DNA from: Euglena gracilis
Taxonomy: Eukaryota
Length of the DNA stretch: 64,000 bases
Assembly: GCA_039621445.1 (NCBI GenBank)
Contig: CP154954.1
Location: 41,099,572-41,163,571 of the forward strand
Direction of reading: 5' to 3'
Each line of letters starts with the position of its first letter. Position 1 is the stretch's first letter. This document shows, one piece after another, positions 49,608 to 61,532 of the stretch. The notes under the pieces were generated by a model, which did not search any database, was not told the origin of the DNA, and saw nothing but the letters and a program-made list of their open reading frames with translations. The position numbers and the translations under genes are program-made.

Positions 49608-52500
49608 TAAAGTGCCCTTCAAAACCCCCCAAGAAATCATGACTGCCCAGAGAATTCTGAGGGAATACGAATGTGCAGGGGCAACCAGGCAACACCCCCC
49701 AGAGGAGGCAAAACAATTTGTCCCTTACTTCATCATTTCAAAAAAAACAAGGTGAGAAGACAAAATAAAGGTTAATTTCAGATTGCCGACAGTTAAATCT
49801 CCACTTCACCCCCCAGAAGTTCAGACTGAAACACACGGGAAATATCTTCCCACTTTTACGAAAGGGTTGTTTTTGTGGAAAAATCGATCTGAATGATGCT
49901 TATTTCCATCTACAGCTTCACAGCAGCTTAGAAAATTCTGTTTTCATGCAAGTGGGGGGTACACTTGGCAGTTTCAAGCTGCATGCTTTGCCATCAGCAG
50001 CCTGCAACAAAAATTTATGACTCTAATGAGAGTCTTGGAAAGGAAATGCAGAAAGGAGGGAAAGGTAGTTTTCATCTACCTGGACGACTTTTTGCTGTTA
50101 GCCCCCAGCAAAAAGACAGCAGCCCAACATTTTGGCAGAAATGGAAAAGGATCTTTAACTGGCAGGTTTCAGATTAAGCCAACCAAAAACCTGTCTGGAA
50201 CCCACACAGGAAATAAAGCACTTGGGCCAGTGGTTCAATTTGAAACAAGGCCAACTGGAAATTACTCATAAAAAAACTACGTTCCTTAAGAAACGAGCTA
50301 GGCAAAGTGCTCACAGCACAAAAAATGAGCTGCAGAAAACTGAGTTATATTGTGGTGCAAGTAAGTAGCTATTTAGTGTCAATGCCTTTGCTCAAAATTC
50401 TGACAGATAAGCTTTGCAAAATGGTGGATCTCCACACAAAGTGAGGTTGTGACCATACCCTAACCATTCCCCAGGTGGTCAAGGATCAAATTGTGGAATT
50501 AAAAGCATTTTTACAGCCAGGGGTTAGCAGGGCATTTCAATACCAGGCCTCTCAAGAACTGTTCTCAGACAGCAGCACCTGGCAGTGTGGGGGGCTGGAC
50601 AAAAACTCAGACCAAAAGGTGCAAGATTTTTGGAGGGACCTGCATATCCTTCATATCAACCAAAAAGAGTTGACGTCGGCAGTGGAAGCAGTAAAATCTT
50701 TGGCGAGGCCAAAACAAACAATTGTCCTTCACGTGAACAGCCAGGTAGCTGTAAGTTATTTAACAAAATGGGAGGCAGAAAGACCTACCTAAATTCCATC
50801 CTGAAAACTCTTCTGTACCATTGTCAAGAAAAGTAAATCAATTTGCAGGTGGTTTGGGTCCCCACACAGGAGCAATTGGCAGACTCTCTGACCAGAGAGC
50901 AAAAAGACCCAGGGGATTATACCCTAAACCTAAACATTTTTCACCAGGTTCTGCGATTTTTCAAAAGAAACATAACCCCAGAGGTTGACATGTTCTGCAC
51001 ACCCAGCAACTAAAAACTCCCCAAGTTTGTTTGTCGATACCCCCACCAAGGGGCATTGCTGGTGGATGCCTTGAAGGCAGATTTGAGGGGCCTCCCCCAG
51101 TCTATGCAAACCCTCCCTGGAGCATCATTCCCCAGTGGGTTCATAGGTTAACTTTAAACCAAGACCTGATTTGTCTGTTGATCGTACCCCAGTGGGTTTC
51201 GACATCATGGTGGCGCCAATTAATGTCCATCAGGCAGCCAGGCAGCAAAGTTTTGTTGGTGCCCCCCCCCCCCAATGGGGTCTGTTCACCACCTGCTGGG
51301 GGGAGGAGATGCCCCCCCCCAATGTGGAATTTGGCCTGCTTGATTGTGTCAGGCAAATATTACAATCCCAGGAAGTTTCGATGTCCAGTACCAACACTTT
51401 CATAAAAAAATCTGAGAAATGTCAATAGATCTGACTCAGCCTTCAGGACATTGCTGGGCCAATTGTTGCACAAAAGGTGCCCCTGCAGGACTGCACAGTC
51501 CACAAGATGGCCTACGCCATCCTTGATCTTGGTGTCCACAGCCTCAATACTGCCAGAAATGTATATACAGCAGCCTTGTTACTCCCGGGGTTTGGTTCAT
51601 TGAGGTTTCCCCCTCTTTTGTCTCCATTGAAACGAAAATGGAATTCGAATGTCTGCAAGTATGCCCGTTTTCGGACCCCGCTGACCTTCTAGAAAACATC
51701 ATCAGAAATTCAAAAAACCCCTCTCAGAACTGTCTGTGAAAGAGCTCAGAAACAGACGCATCATTTGTTGGAGGCTGTTGGCCCTCCACAGGTGGGTTGA
51801 CCTAGCCGGAACCCAGCAGAAAATCAGTTTCGTGGGAGAAAGAAATTTCATTTTGTTGCAAAGGCAAGGGCGGCAGTACCCAAGGCGGGAGGAGGTTTTG
51901 AGTTTGCCACACAGCCCCCTCATAAGCCCCTGGCATTTATTGAAAGAGTATGTGGAAATGAAAGCCCACGTGGTTGGTCGCAAAAATAATTTGTTATGGT
52001 CTTTGGATGGTAGAAGGCCTTTGACTTCAGAAAGAATGAGTTCTCTTACCAAAGAAATTCTTCAAGCGGGGGGGGGTGGACACCACCCACTGGAAACCCC
52101 ACAGCACCAGAGGGGCTGGTGTTTTATGGTGGAAAAATGCTGATTTGTAAGTGGAAGAAGTCCAGCAGCTGGGCCAATGGAAATCGGACTCCCACGACAC
52201 AGGAAGGGGGAGGAAGGGACCAAGAGGGCGAAGCACAAGAAGATGGTGAGGTCCTGCTTTCCTTGCCGGCTGTTCTGTTCTGGTGTGTTTCTGCGTGCCC
52301 GGGGGGTGCTTCTAACTGCGCCTTTGTTGCCGTAGTTGGCGATGATGAGGCCTCCTCCGACATCTTGGCGAAGCTGAACCGTCGTTGCCCCCCCCCCCCC
52401 CCCCCTTTCCCATGGTCGCTTGGTTGCCCCCCCCCCCCGATGGGAATGGCTGTCTCTTTCTGGATGTTTTTCTATTTCTGCTGATTGTTGGGGTGTGGGG

Positions 52501-52793
52501 GTTGGGTTAGGGTTAGGGTTAGGGTTAGGGTTAGGGTTAGGGTTGGGGTTGGGGTTAGTGTTAGGGTTAGGGTTAGGGTTAGGGTTAGGGTTAGGGTTAG
52601 GGTTAGGGTTAGGGTTAGGGTTAGGGTTAGGGTACCCTAACCCTAACCCTAACCCTAACCCTAACCCTAACCCTAACCCTAACCCTAACCCTAACCCTAA
52701 ACCTAACCCTAACCCTAACCCTAACCCTAACCCTAACCCTAACCCTAACCCTAACCCTAACCCTAGCCCTAACCCTAACCCTAACCCTAACCC
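52501..52793. repeat. Head-to-head interstitial telomere array (TTAGGG)n-(CCCTAA)n
   Basis: About 22 TTAGGG units then about 26 CCCTAA units with a palindromic centre GGGT|ACCC at 52633/52634. Confidence 0.97.
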
Positions 52794-53830
52794 TTCCTCT
52801 GTCGTGGGAGTCCGAGGCCATTCGGGCTCCGCACTGCGAGATGGTGAGGTACTGTGCACCCCCCTTTGGGCCATAATTTTTTGAATTTTTGAAACTACAC
52901 CAAGTCGCAAATAATGAGCTTGGAAGGCCCCAAAAGTTTTCCACTGACCCAGCTGCTGGACTTCTTCCACTTGCAAATCAGCATTTTTCCACCATAAAAC
53001 ACCAGCCCCTCTGGTGCTGTGGGGTTTCCAGTGGGTGGTGTCCACCCCCCCCTCTTACAGAATTTCTCTGGTAAGGGAATTCACTATTTCTGATGTCAAA
53101 GGTCTTTTACTATTCAAAGACCATAACAAATTATGTTTGTGCCCAACCATGTGGGCTGTCATTTCCACATTCTCTTTCAATAAATGCCAGGGGCTTATGA
53201 GGGGTGTGTGTGGCAAATTCAAAACTTCCTCCCATCTTGGGAATTGCCACCCTTTCCTTTGCAATAAAATCAAAACTTTTTCTCCCACGAAACTGATTTT
53301 CCGCTGTTTCCTGGCTAAATCAACCCCCCTGTGGAGGGCCAAAAGCCTCCAACAGATGATGAGTCTGTTTCTGAGCTCTTTCACCGACAGGTCTGAGAGG
53401 GGTTTGGATTTCATTGATGATGTCTTCTAAGAAATAAGTGGGGTCCAAGGAATGGGCATACTTGCAAACATTGGAATTCCATTTCCTTTTCAATGGAGAC
53501 AAAAGAGGGGAAAACCTCAATGAACCAAACCCCGGGAGTAATTAAACTGCTGCATATGCATTTCGTGCAGTGTTGAGGCTCGGGGCAGCGAGATCAAGTA
53601 TGGCATCGGCCATCTTGTGACTGTGCAGTCCTGCAGGGGCACCCCTTTGTGCAACAATTGGCCCAACAATGTCCTGAAGGCTGAGTCATATCTCTTAACA
53701 TTTCCCAGATTTTTTATGTAAGTGTCGATACTGGACATCGAAACTTCCTGGGATTGCAATATTTGCCTGACACAATCAAGCAGGCCAAATTCCACCTTGG
53801 GGGGGGGGCATCTCCTCCCCCCCGCAGTTC
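52794..53830 (-). mobile_element. DIRS 3' part (tyrosine recombinase) abutting the telomere array
   Basis: LLALHRGVDL..HSTRGAG..GQW..FQAHYLRL (YR R/HxxR/Y residues); inverted homolog of 51300-52200. Confidence 0.85.
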
Positions 53831-56800
53831 CTTTGGGAGGCAATGGATTGGGGGGGATTTTCCGCAGGGAGGGGGGATGTTGTAAAATGGAGGGCGGCCT
53901 GACCTCCATTGGTAGCTCTAAAGGTCAGGCTGGCCGTTTTCAAAATCTGCACTGAACAAGCTGCTGTTTGGGACTTTGTCATTCGGGGGGGGGGGGGGCG
54001 GTGCCAAATCCAACACTCATTTGCACATAACACTCACAGTTTCCAGGATATTTTGCCATAATTTTGAAAATAATAATTGTGTACTTTGTCAATTGCATTT
54101 TTGAAAAAATTGTGTACTTTTTTGCCTTGCCACAATTTTCGAACAGTACTTTTAGCTGCTTTGTCAGAGGCTCGGGATTCCGTGGTCTGGCAGTTTTGGG
54201 ACTTGCCAATTTTTTTATTCCTTTGCCTGCAGTGTACATTTTCTGGGAAAGCCTGTCCATCCAAACGCCGGCACGCCTGGCAGCTCATTTAAACCGAAGC
54301 CAAAAAAAATTTTAAAATGTTTTAAACTGTTTTTGTTTTGAAAAAGGTAAAAAAATAAAAAATACACCACTGAGGCTTTTGAATTTCCTTTCCAATGACT
54401 TGTATTGAATGTGCAACTCTGACTGACAGAGTGGCTGAGGCTTGAAGAGGTGAAGGTGGGTGTAGCAGCAAATGGAAGTGATGTAATCAATGCAGAGGAG
54501 GGTGCACTCACAGTTGCTTGATAACCCTGCAGTGTCTTGTTGTTGTGAGGGACTGTGGCAAGGTTTGTAACAAATGCACCATAGAACTTGTTGTCCACTC
54601 TCCCATCAGCTCGGTCAAGAGTCGACGCATGCAAATCACCCTCTGCAGCCACTGTTGGCCTCAAAAATTCGTTCTCAAAAGAAGTGAGTTTCGCAAGTGG
54701 AGGAGAGTTGAAAACAACTTGACCATGACTTGGGATGTAAGGCTAGAGTGTAAGAACAAACAGAAACAGGTGTATGGCTGGGGTCCAACCTGACCAACGG
54801 CGGAATAGGTTGTCACAGCTCAAAGGAATTGCCAATATAGAGAAATTCGTCGCGTTTTAGGTTTTTTTTATGTCGGCGTTCGTTTTTAAAAAAAACCACT
54901 TTAACAGTCACGGGTTACCCACGTGAGGAAATCGTTATTTATCATTCCATGGAATTTCTCGTGAGAACTTTTTGTTTGACAAACTGAAACAACTGAGAAC
55001 CGGGGTTCACTTTCGTTCTCATCATTCGGAAAAATGGGGAAAATGACACGATGCTCGCCACTTGGAAAACGGGATCGGGACACGATTTCATTGTCATACA
55101 TACCATCATGTTCACAAACACGTTTTCCAAGGCATGGTGTGGCCTGAACACGTTTTTGATAATGTTGAAACCGTGTCTGGGAACTCCCTAAGTTTTCCCG
55201 AAATGTAATTTCACGAACAATGAACAATGATTCTTTCATTGACCATATTATGTTATTGCATCGAGCGAAAAGTGACATATTTTTGTGAAAGCAAAAAACA
55301 CGGCAGTAAAAACCGGAAGGCTGCTCACTGTTCGTCGCGAAGAAGCTGGGAGGCCCCCCCATGGATGCCAAACTTCTCTGAAAGTGGGAGAAACAACGGG
55401 CCCAAAACGGTTACCAAACTGGCCCCAACATGTGCTAAACTGTCCCGAACTGCGGCTCCAAGCTGGCCCTGAGATCCAAGGGGGTGTACGGGTCGCGGGC
55501 GGGGTCGGGGGGGGGGTCGGGGGGGTCCAGGGGGCATGTGGCAGTTTTGACGGGTCACACGTGACCAGTGTGACCTCACATACAACGTCACATGTGACCT
55601 ATTTTTAGATCTTTTGGATCCAAAAATAGATCCAATTAGGAATTTATCGCACGTTTTCAGCAATTTTGATTCCTAATTCGGCTGCCAATTCCTAATTAGG
55701 TGACATTTTTTGGTTCCCACTGGGATGCGGAAACCCTCCATGTGTGGGTCGCGGGGGGGTCGCGGGGGGTCGCGGGGGGGTTGCGGGGGGGGGGGGCCCG
55801 CGGGGGGTACCCCCCAAGGTAGGATGGTTAATCGAAAAACGGTTAATCGCTTGTGAACCCCCCAATTAATCGGTCGTTTGTAGGGGGGCAATTAACCATG
55901 GTTCCATGGTTACAATGCCCCCCCCCCCGATAGTGTCCCATACTCGGGGGGCTAATACACCCCTCCCCCCCCCCTCACCGAGGGCTCGCCACGCCATTTA
56001 CCCCCCCTCCCCCCCCCTAGCCGGACCCCCTCGCCACGCCACCCAACACATTTTTCATTGTGCAACCATGGTACACCCCTCCCCCCCCCATCCGAGACCC
56101 CCTCGCCACGCCATTTTCCGGCCATTTCCCCCCCCCTATTCGGACCCCCTCGCCACGGCGTACGGGGGGGACACTATTGGGGGGGGGGGGTCAAAAAAAA
56201 TTCCTTTAGGACCGGCCGGCCGGGTCCCAAGGCAGGGGTATGGGACACTATCGGGGGGGCGGGGAGGACACTATTGGGGGGGCATGGTAGTCGGAAAACG
56301 GGTAATCGCTTGTGACCCTCCCAATTAATCGCTCCTTTTTCTTTGTCGGAAGAAGAAATGTCCTGGGATTGGGAACGTTTCTTTGAGAAAGATGGCAAAG
56401 TTGTGTGTCATGCCAATGTGGATGAAAAGTTCTTTCAAAAAGCCTGTTGGTGTTAAATCTAGAACTCTGTTTTTCATACCACATTTTTTGGATGCCAAAT
56501 TTTGGGGATCCTTGGCCTATTGTGGAGTGAGGAAGTTTACCAAAAAAGGCTCCGTGCGGATGATTGGCTATGACGATCCTGGAGGTCGTACCGACCATGG
56601 TCGTGCCGACCTAGGTCGGGCCGACCATTGGCTATGGCCTATCGACCATTGGAGGTCGGGCCGACCTGGTCGGCCCGACCTCCTCCCAACCATCCGCATT
56701 ACCCCCCCCTTTTTGGTTTTTAAGCCCCCCCCCCCCCCGGAAACTTGAAGCAGTATTCAGTAAAAATTGACTCAAAATGCATGGAAAAACATTGGAATGA

Positions 56801-57195
56801 GCTTGAAACTGGCAAAAAAACGTCCTATGTTAAAGAAAGAGACCCTAATGACCTTAGTCGGCCTACGACCTCCTCCGGGGGGGGGGGGGGGCGGCCGCCC
56901 CCCCCCCCCGACACCCCCCACCCAAAATAACAATATCCCCTTTGTGTGTGCCAGGCAAGGGTGGACAGAACGCGCATCCTAACAAAATCCTTTTGTGTGT
57001 GCAAGGCAAGGATGGCCAAAACACGCCCCCCAACAAACTCCCTTTGTGCTAACTTAGTTGGCCTACGGCCTCCTCCAGGGGGTTGCCGCCCCCCCCCCCC
57101 GGACCCCCTGTGTATCAGGCAGCCATTCTGCCATGGCACTGTGTACCAGATACAATGGGCTACGGCCTACAATCTGGCTACGGCCGGGCTGTACA

Positions 57196-59620
57196 AGTAC
57201 CTGCACTTTTTGTCCTGAGTTTTTGTCCAGCCCCCCCCCCCACTGCCAGGTGCTGCTGTCTGAGAACAGTTCCTGAGAGGCCTGGGATTGAAAAGCTCTG
57301 CCCACACCTGGCTGCAAAAACGCTTTTAACTCCACAATTTGATCCTTGACCCCCTGGGGAATGGTAAGGGTGTGGTCCACCATTTTGCAAAGTTGATCTG
57401 TCAGAATTCTGAGAAAAGGCATTGAAACTAAATAGCTTCTTACTTGCCCTACAATGGAGCTGAGTTTTCTGCAGCTCATCTTTTGTGCTGTCAGCACCTT
57501 TCCTAATTCCTTTCTTAAGGATTTTAGTTTTTCCTGTGGAATTTTCAGCTGGCCTTGTTTCAAATTGATCCACTGGCCCAAATGCTTTATTTCCTGTGTT
57601 GGTTCCAGACATGATTTGGGGATGTTTATTCTGAAACCAGCCAGTAGAAGATCTTTTTTCATTTCTACCAAATGTTGGGCTGCTGTCTTTCTGCTGGGGG
57701 CTAACAGCAAAATGTCGTCTAGGTAGATGAAAACTACCTTTCCTTCCTTTCTCCATTTCCTATCCCAGACTCTCATGAGAGTCATAAATTTTTGTGTCAG
57801 GCTGCTTATACCAAAGCATGCAGCTTGAAATTGCCACGTTTCCCCCATCACCTGCATGCATACATGTTTTTCCAGACTGCTGTGCAGTTTTAAGTGGAAA
57901 TATGCATCCTTCAGATCTATTTTTCCACAGAACCAACCTTTTCTTAGGTATGGGAAAATGTTTCCCATGTGTTCCAGTCTGGACTTCTGGGGGGTGAAAT
58001 GGAGATTGAACTGTCGACAATTTGAAATCAGTCTCTCCTTTGTCTTCTCCCCTACTTTTTTTGGAAATGATGAAGTAAGGGACGAAATGTGTTGTCTCCT
58101 CTGGGGGGATTTGCCTGGTTGCCCCTGCACATTCGTATTCTCTCAGAATTTTCTGGGCAGTCGTTATCTCTTGGGGTATTTTGAAGGGAACTTTTAAGGA
58201 CATTTGAGGGGGGAGGGGAAGATCTGCCATGACCCCTCCCCTTATCAGGTTTAATACCTCTCTGCTGGCTCCTGCCTTGACCCAATGGGAAATGCTGGCC
58301 TGCAGGGCTTTGTAAGGGGGTACCCCTGGGTGTAATGTGTCTGGGGATTCCACAGGCCCCATCACTGGGGGTCCTTCCCCCTGGCTGCCCCATCACTGGG
58401 GCTGCTGCAGCTGGCCCTGCCATTGGGCTTTCCAAAGACCGGCTTTCCCCCTGTTTGTGAACGACGGGGGAAGGTCTGTGTCTGCAGTGGAGGTACATAT
58501 AAAACTGGGCTGATTATCTTCCGGGGGTGCTTGTCTGAGCCAATCTTGGGCCTCCCCCCCAAGGGCTGATGTGGTGTTGGTCTTGATTGTATTGGCCACC
58601 TTTTTCCTTCAGGACCATTTGGCCTCCATTGGCACTCAGGCCTGTTTGGCCTCCATTGGGCGTCTCTCCAGGACTTGTCTTGTTCCCCATATAGGCCACC
58701 ATGGCCTGATTTTGGCATTGGCTTGCTGCTCCTGGGGGGTTTGTGTCTGAAATGCCTGGGGGGGAAGTTGGACATACCTTTCCCCAATGGGATCTTTCCA
58801 GGCTGGGATACTGGCTGCCATAGCCTTGCCCCTGGGCCCACTGCCCTCTTGAGTGATGGCTGCCATAGCCTTGATTCTGGACCACAGGTACTTTTAGATG
58901 ATGGCTGCCATAGCCTTGATGTATTTCTGATATTTGTTGAAAGGCTGCCATAGCGCTTGCCTTGTCCCCTGGAAGGGGGGGGGGCTTAGAAAAAGCGGGA
59001 GTTTGTTGGACCTGTGATGGTAATTCCCTTCTGTCTTCTTGTCTTCCTGACCACAGTTGTCCATGATCCATGGCCATTCTCATGTGGAGTGGGGGATTTT
59101 GAAATCTCTGATGTGGTGGGGGGTGGGGGGGTTTGATGGCCACGGACTGACGTGTTGCTGCCGCCCCTCCAGCTTCTGCAGCTGCTGCTGTGTCTCCACC
59201 TTCCCCAGCTTCAGATGCCTTCTTGGAAGTTCTTTGAGGTTGTCCTCGGCAGTCCGATTTTCTTTCAGATTCATTCTTCATGAAAGTCCAGTTTTTGATC
59301 TTGTCTTAGTAATTGCAATGCTTCTGGCAATATTTACAGTTGAACTCGAAGAGTTGAATTCTTCTCCAGAAAGTTGAAGGTCTGAAAAAATTTCGTCCCA
59401 CCAGTTGATAAAGTGATGGACTTCGTGAATGTAGTGCTCCTCGTAAAAAAATTCCACTGGAACTCGTTGAAGTAAAATTCTTTCTCCTTGAGGTCGAAGG
59501 GCAAAATTAGGAATCAGCCAACTCCGGCAACAAAAAAGCAGTAAGAAGCACCCCCCGCGCACGCACAAACACACCAGAACATAACAGCCGGCAAGGAAAG
59601 CAGGACCTCACCATCTCGCA
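57196..59620 (-). mobile_element. DIRS 5' part (gag, RT, partial RNase H); probably the same element as 52794-53830
   Basis: ORF 57063-58130 contains KIDLKDAYFH, FGI, IYLDDILL, FSDSSTWQWGG; gag region homologous to 34700-36050. Confidence 0.88.
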
Positions 59621-60360
59621 GTGCGGAGCTCGAATGGTCAATTTTGGGGCCTTCCAAGCTCATTATTTGAGGCTGGGTGTCGTATCCAAAATTCAAAAAA
59701 AATATGGCTCAAAGGGGGGTGCTAAGTACCTCACCATCTCGCAGTGCGGAGCCCGAATGATCTCGGACTCCCACGACACAAGAAGGGGGAGGAAGGGACC
59801 AAGAGGGCGAAGCACAAAAAAATCAGCCGAAAAAGAAAGAACACCAAAAAGAGAACGCCATCCCCACCTCCGGGGGGCCACCCACCAAGCGACAATATGG
59901 GGGGGGGGGGGGGGCGTGGCCACGACGGTTCAGCTTCGCCAAGGTGTCGGAGGAGGCCTCGTCATCGCCAACTCCGGCAACAAAGGCGCAGTAAGAAGCA
60001 CCCCCCGCGCGCGCACAAACACAACAGACCAGGAGAGCCGGCAAGGAAAGCAGGACCTCGCCATCTTCTTGTGCTTCGCCCTCTTGGTCCCTTCCTCCCC
60101 CTTCCTGTGGAGTCCGAGACCCCCCCAAGGGGAAAGAAGTCACGTCGGAGGAGCATCAGCAGACAACTGCGAGGCGGCACTAAGCGGGACCTCTTTACCC
60201 AACGCATCAAAAACAATCCGCGCAACACCGCCGCGAGCAAGGCATGGCCTCACAAGGGCAAAGTGCGGAGCCCGGTGTGTCGCCTTGTTGTTTTGCCTCG
60301 AGGGGGTACGGAACGCGGTCTTTTTTGGCCTCAAAAGAGCAAAGTGCGGATCCCGTGGTG
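59517..60360. repeat. DIRS terminal-repeat complex (nested direct and inverted segments)
   Basis: 59517-59616 is repeated at 59967-60066; 59764-59817 is inverted at ~60068-60117; a + strand YR tail lies at 59634-59820. Confidence 0.7.
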
Positions 60361-60564
60361 TCTGGACGGACATTGGCCAAAAAAATACCTACATATCAGG
60401 GACGATGTGGAACTAACCGATGTTTGAACATTTGCTGGAATGCCCAGGGTCCTGCGCCAATTTCATGTTATGTTGATGGTGCCTCTTCTGGGCCGGTGCA
60501 TGGAGAACACGAAAAAAAAAAGTGAAACACATCAGGAAAAAAACTCCAAAGCCAGCCAGTACTA

Positions 60565-60990
60565 GTACCCCCCCCTATGTCCAATGACCGGTAACCTCTG
60601 TCCTCTGACCGGGTGACCGGGGGGGGGGGGGGTGGTTGCTGGACATAGGGTAGTGACCAAAAAGGTGTCCTCTGACCAGGGGGGTGGTCGTTGGACATGG
60701 GGTCAAAAAAAATTGGGGGTACCCGGGTCCCTACCCACCCAAAAATGCCCAAATTTTCCCTTCCGGCGCTTCGCGCCGAAAATTTTGGGCAATTTTGACA
60801 AATTTTTGTCCAAAAAGTGTCAAAAATGGCACTTTGGCCAAATTTTTGGCCAATTTTTGGGAAAAAATTTTCGTCCCGGCGCTTCACGCCGGGACCAAAA
60901 ATTTGGTCAAACCTCGGAAAAGGTGTCCTCTGACCGGGGGGGCGGTCATTGGACATAGGGGGGGGTCGTTGGACATAGGGGGGGGGGTAC
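60565..60990. mobile_element. Tc1/mariner-type MITE
   Basis: TIR GTAC(C)nTATGTCCAA / TTGGACATA(G)nTAC; TA on both sides (60563-64, 60991-92); internal TTGGACAT and TCCTCTGACC subrepeats. Confidence 0.8.
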
Positions 60991-61532
60991 TAAGGTTGCA
61001 GCTGGGAAAGAACATGTGGGGCTGGATTGTATGTAAAAATGCGAATTTTCCTGACACCTGCTGGGTTGTGAATAGGAGAGAAAAGCAAAGCGGTTGGTGG
61101 TGCCTGACGGCCAAGAAGGAAGAGGGAGGTGGGCCAGTTGCCGCAAGCCCAGAGGGAGGGCTGCTGCCAGCGTGGGTTCGGATCGCTGGTTCTGTGGCAG
61201 AACCAAAATAGGGGCGAGGCATTTGTTCGGCCTGTACAGCAAGGAGAGGGGGGCGGTGGGGGCAGGGAAGGGAAAGGGGACGGCCACTGAGGCCGGCTCC
61301 GGTGTCACTTGGACGGTCCACCCACCAGGGGGACGCGTCGAGGGCCGAAGCGCCTGCGGATCCCCCAGCGGGGGCCGTGGCAAGGGGCATGGCGCGGGGT
61401 TGGTTCGGGAAGTGCATTGCGGAAGGGGGGCAGAAGACAGGGGAGGCGGGGGTACAACAGGAGCACGCCAGACGGGGGAGGACAAGGTGCAATGATGGAG
61501 CGCAGGGGGTGTGTGGGACGGGGGCCAGCCGG

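Larger units (their letters stand above)
34590..52490 (+). mobile_element. DIRS retrotransposon (gag, RT, RH, MT, YR) split by Gypsy element 2; its own sequence is 34590-36053 plus 49608-52490
   Basis: PQMSRK|VPFKTPQEI resumes across the Gypsy insertion, as in the uninterrupted copy near 58140-58210; YLDD at ~50077; YANPPW at ~51103; YR HSTRG at ~52100; segment 34620-34710 is repeated at ~52257-52345. Confidence 0.85.

Noticed and set aside
52062-53045. ORFs with (GL)n, (PN)n and (RV)n repeats
   Set aside because: Translations of the telomere array, not proteins.
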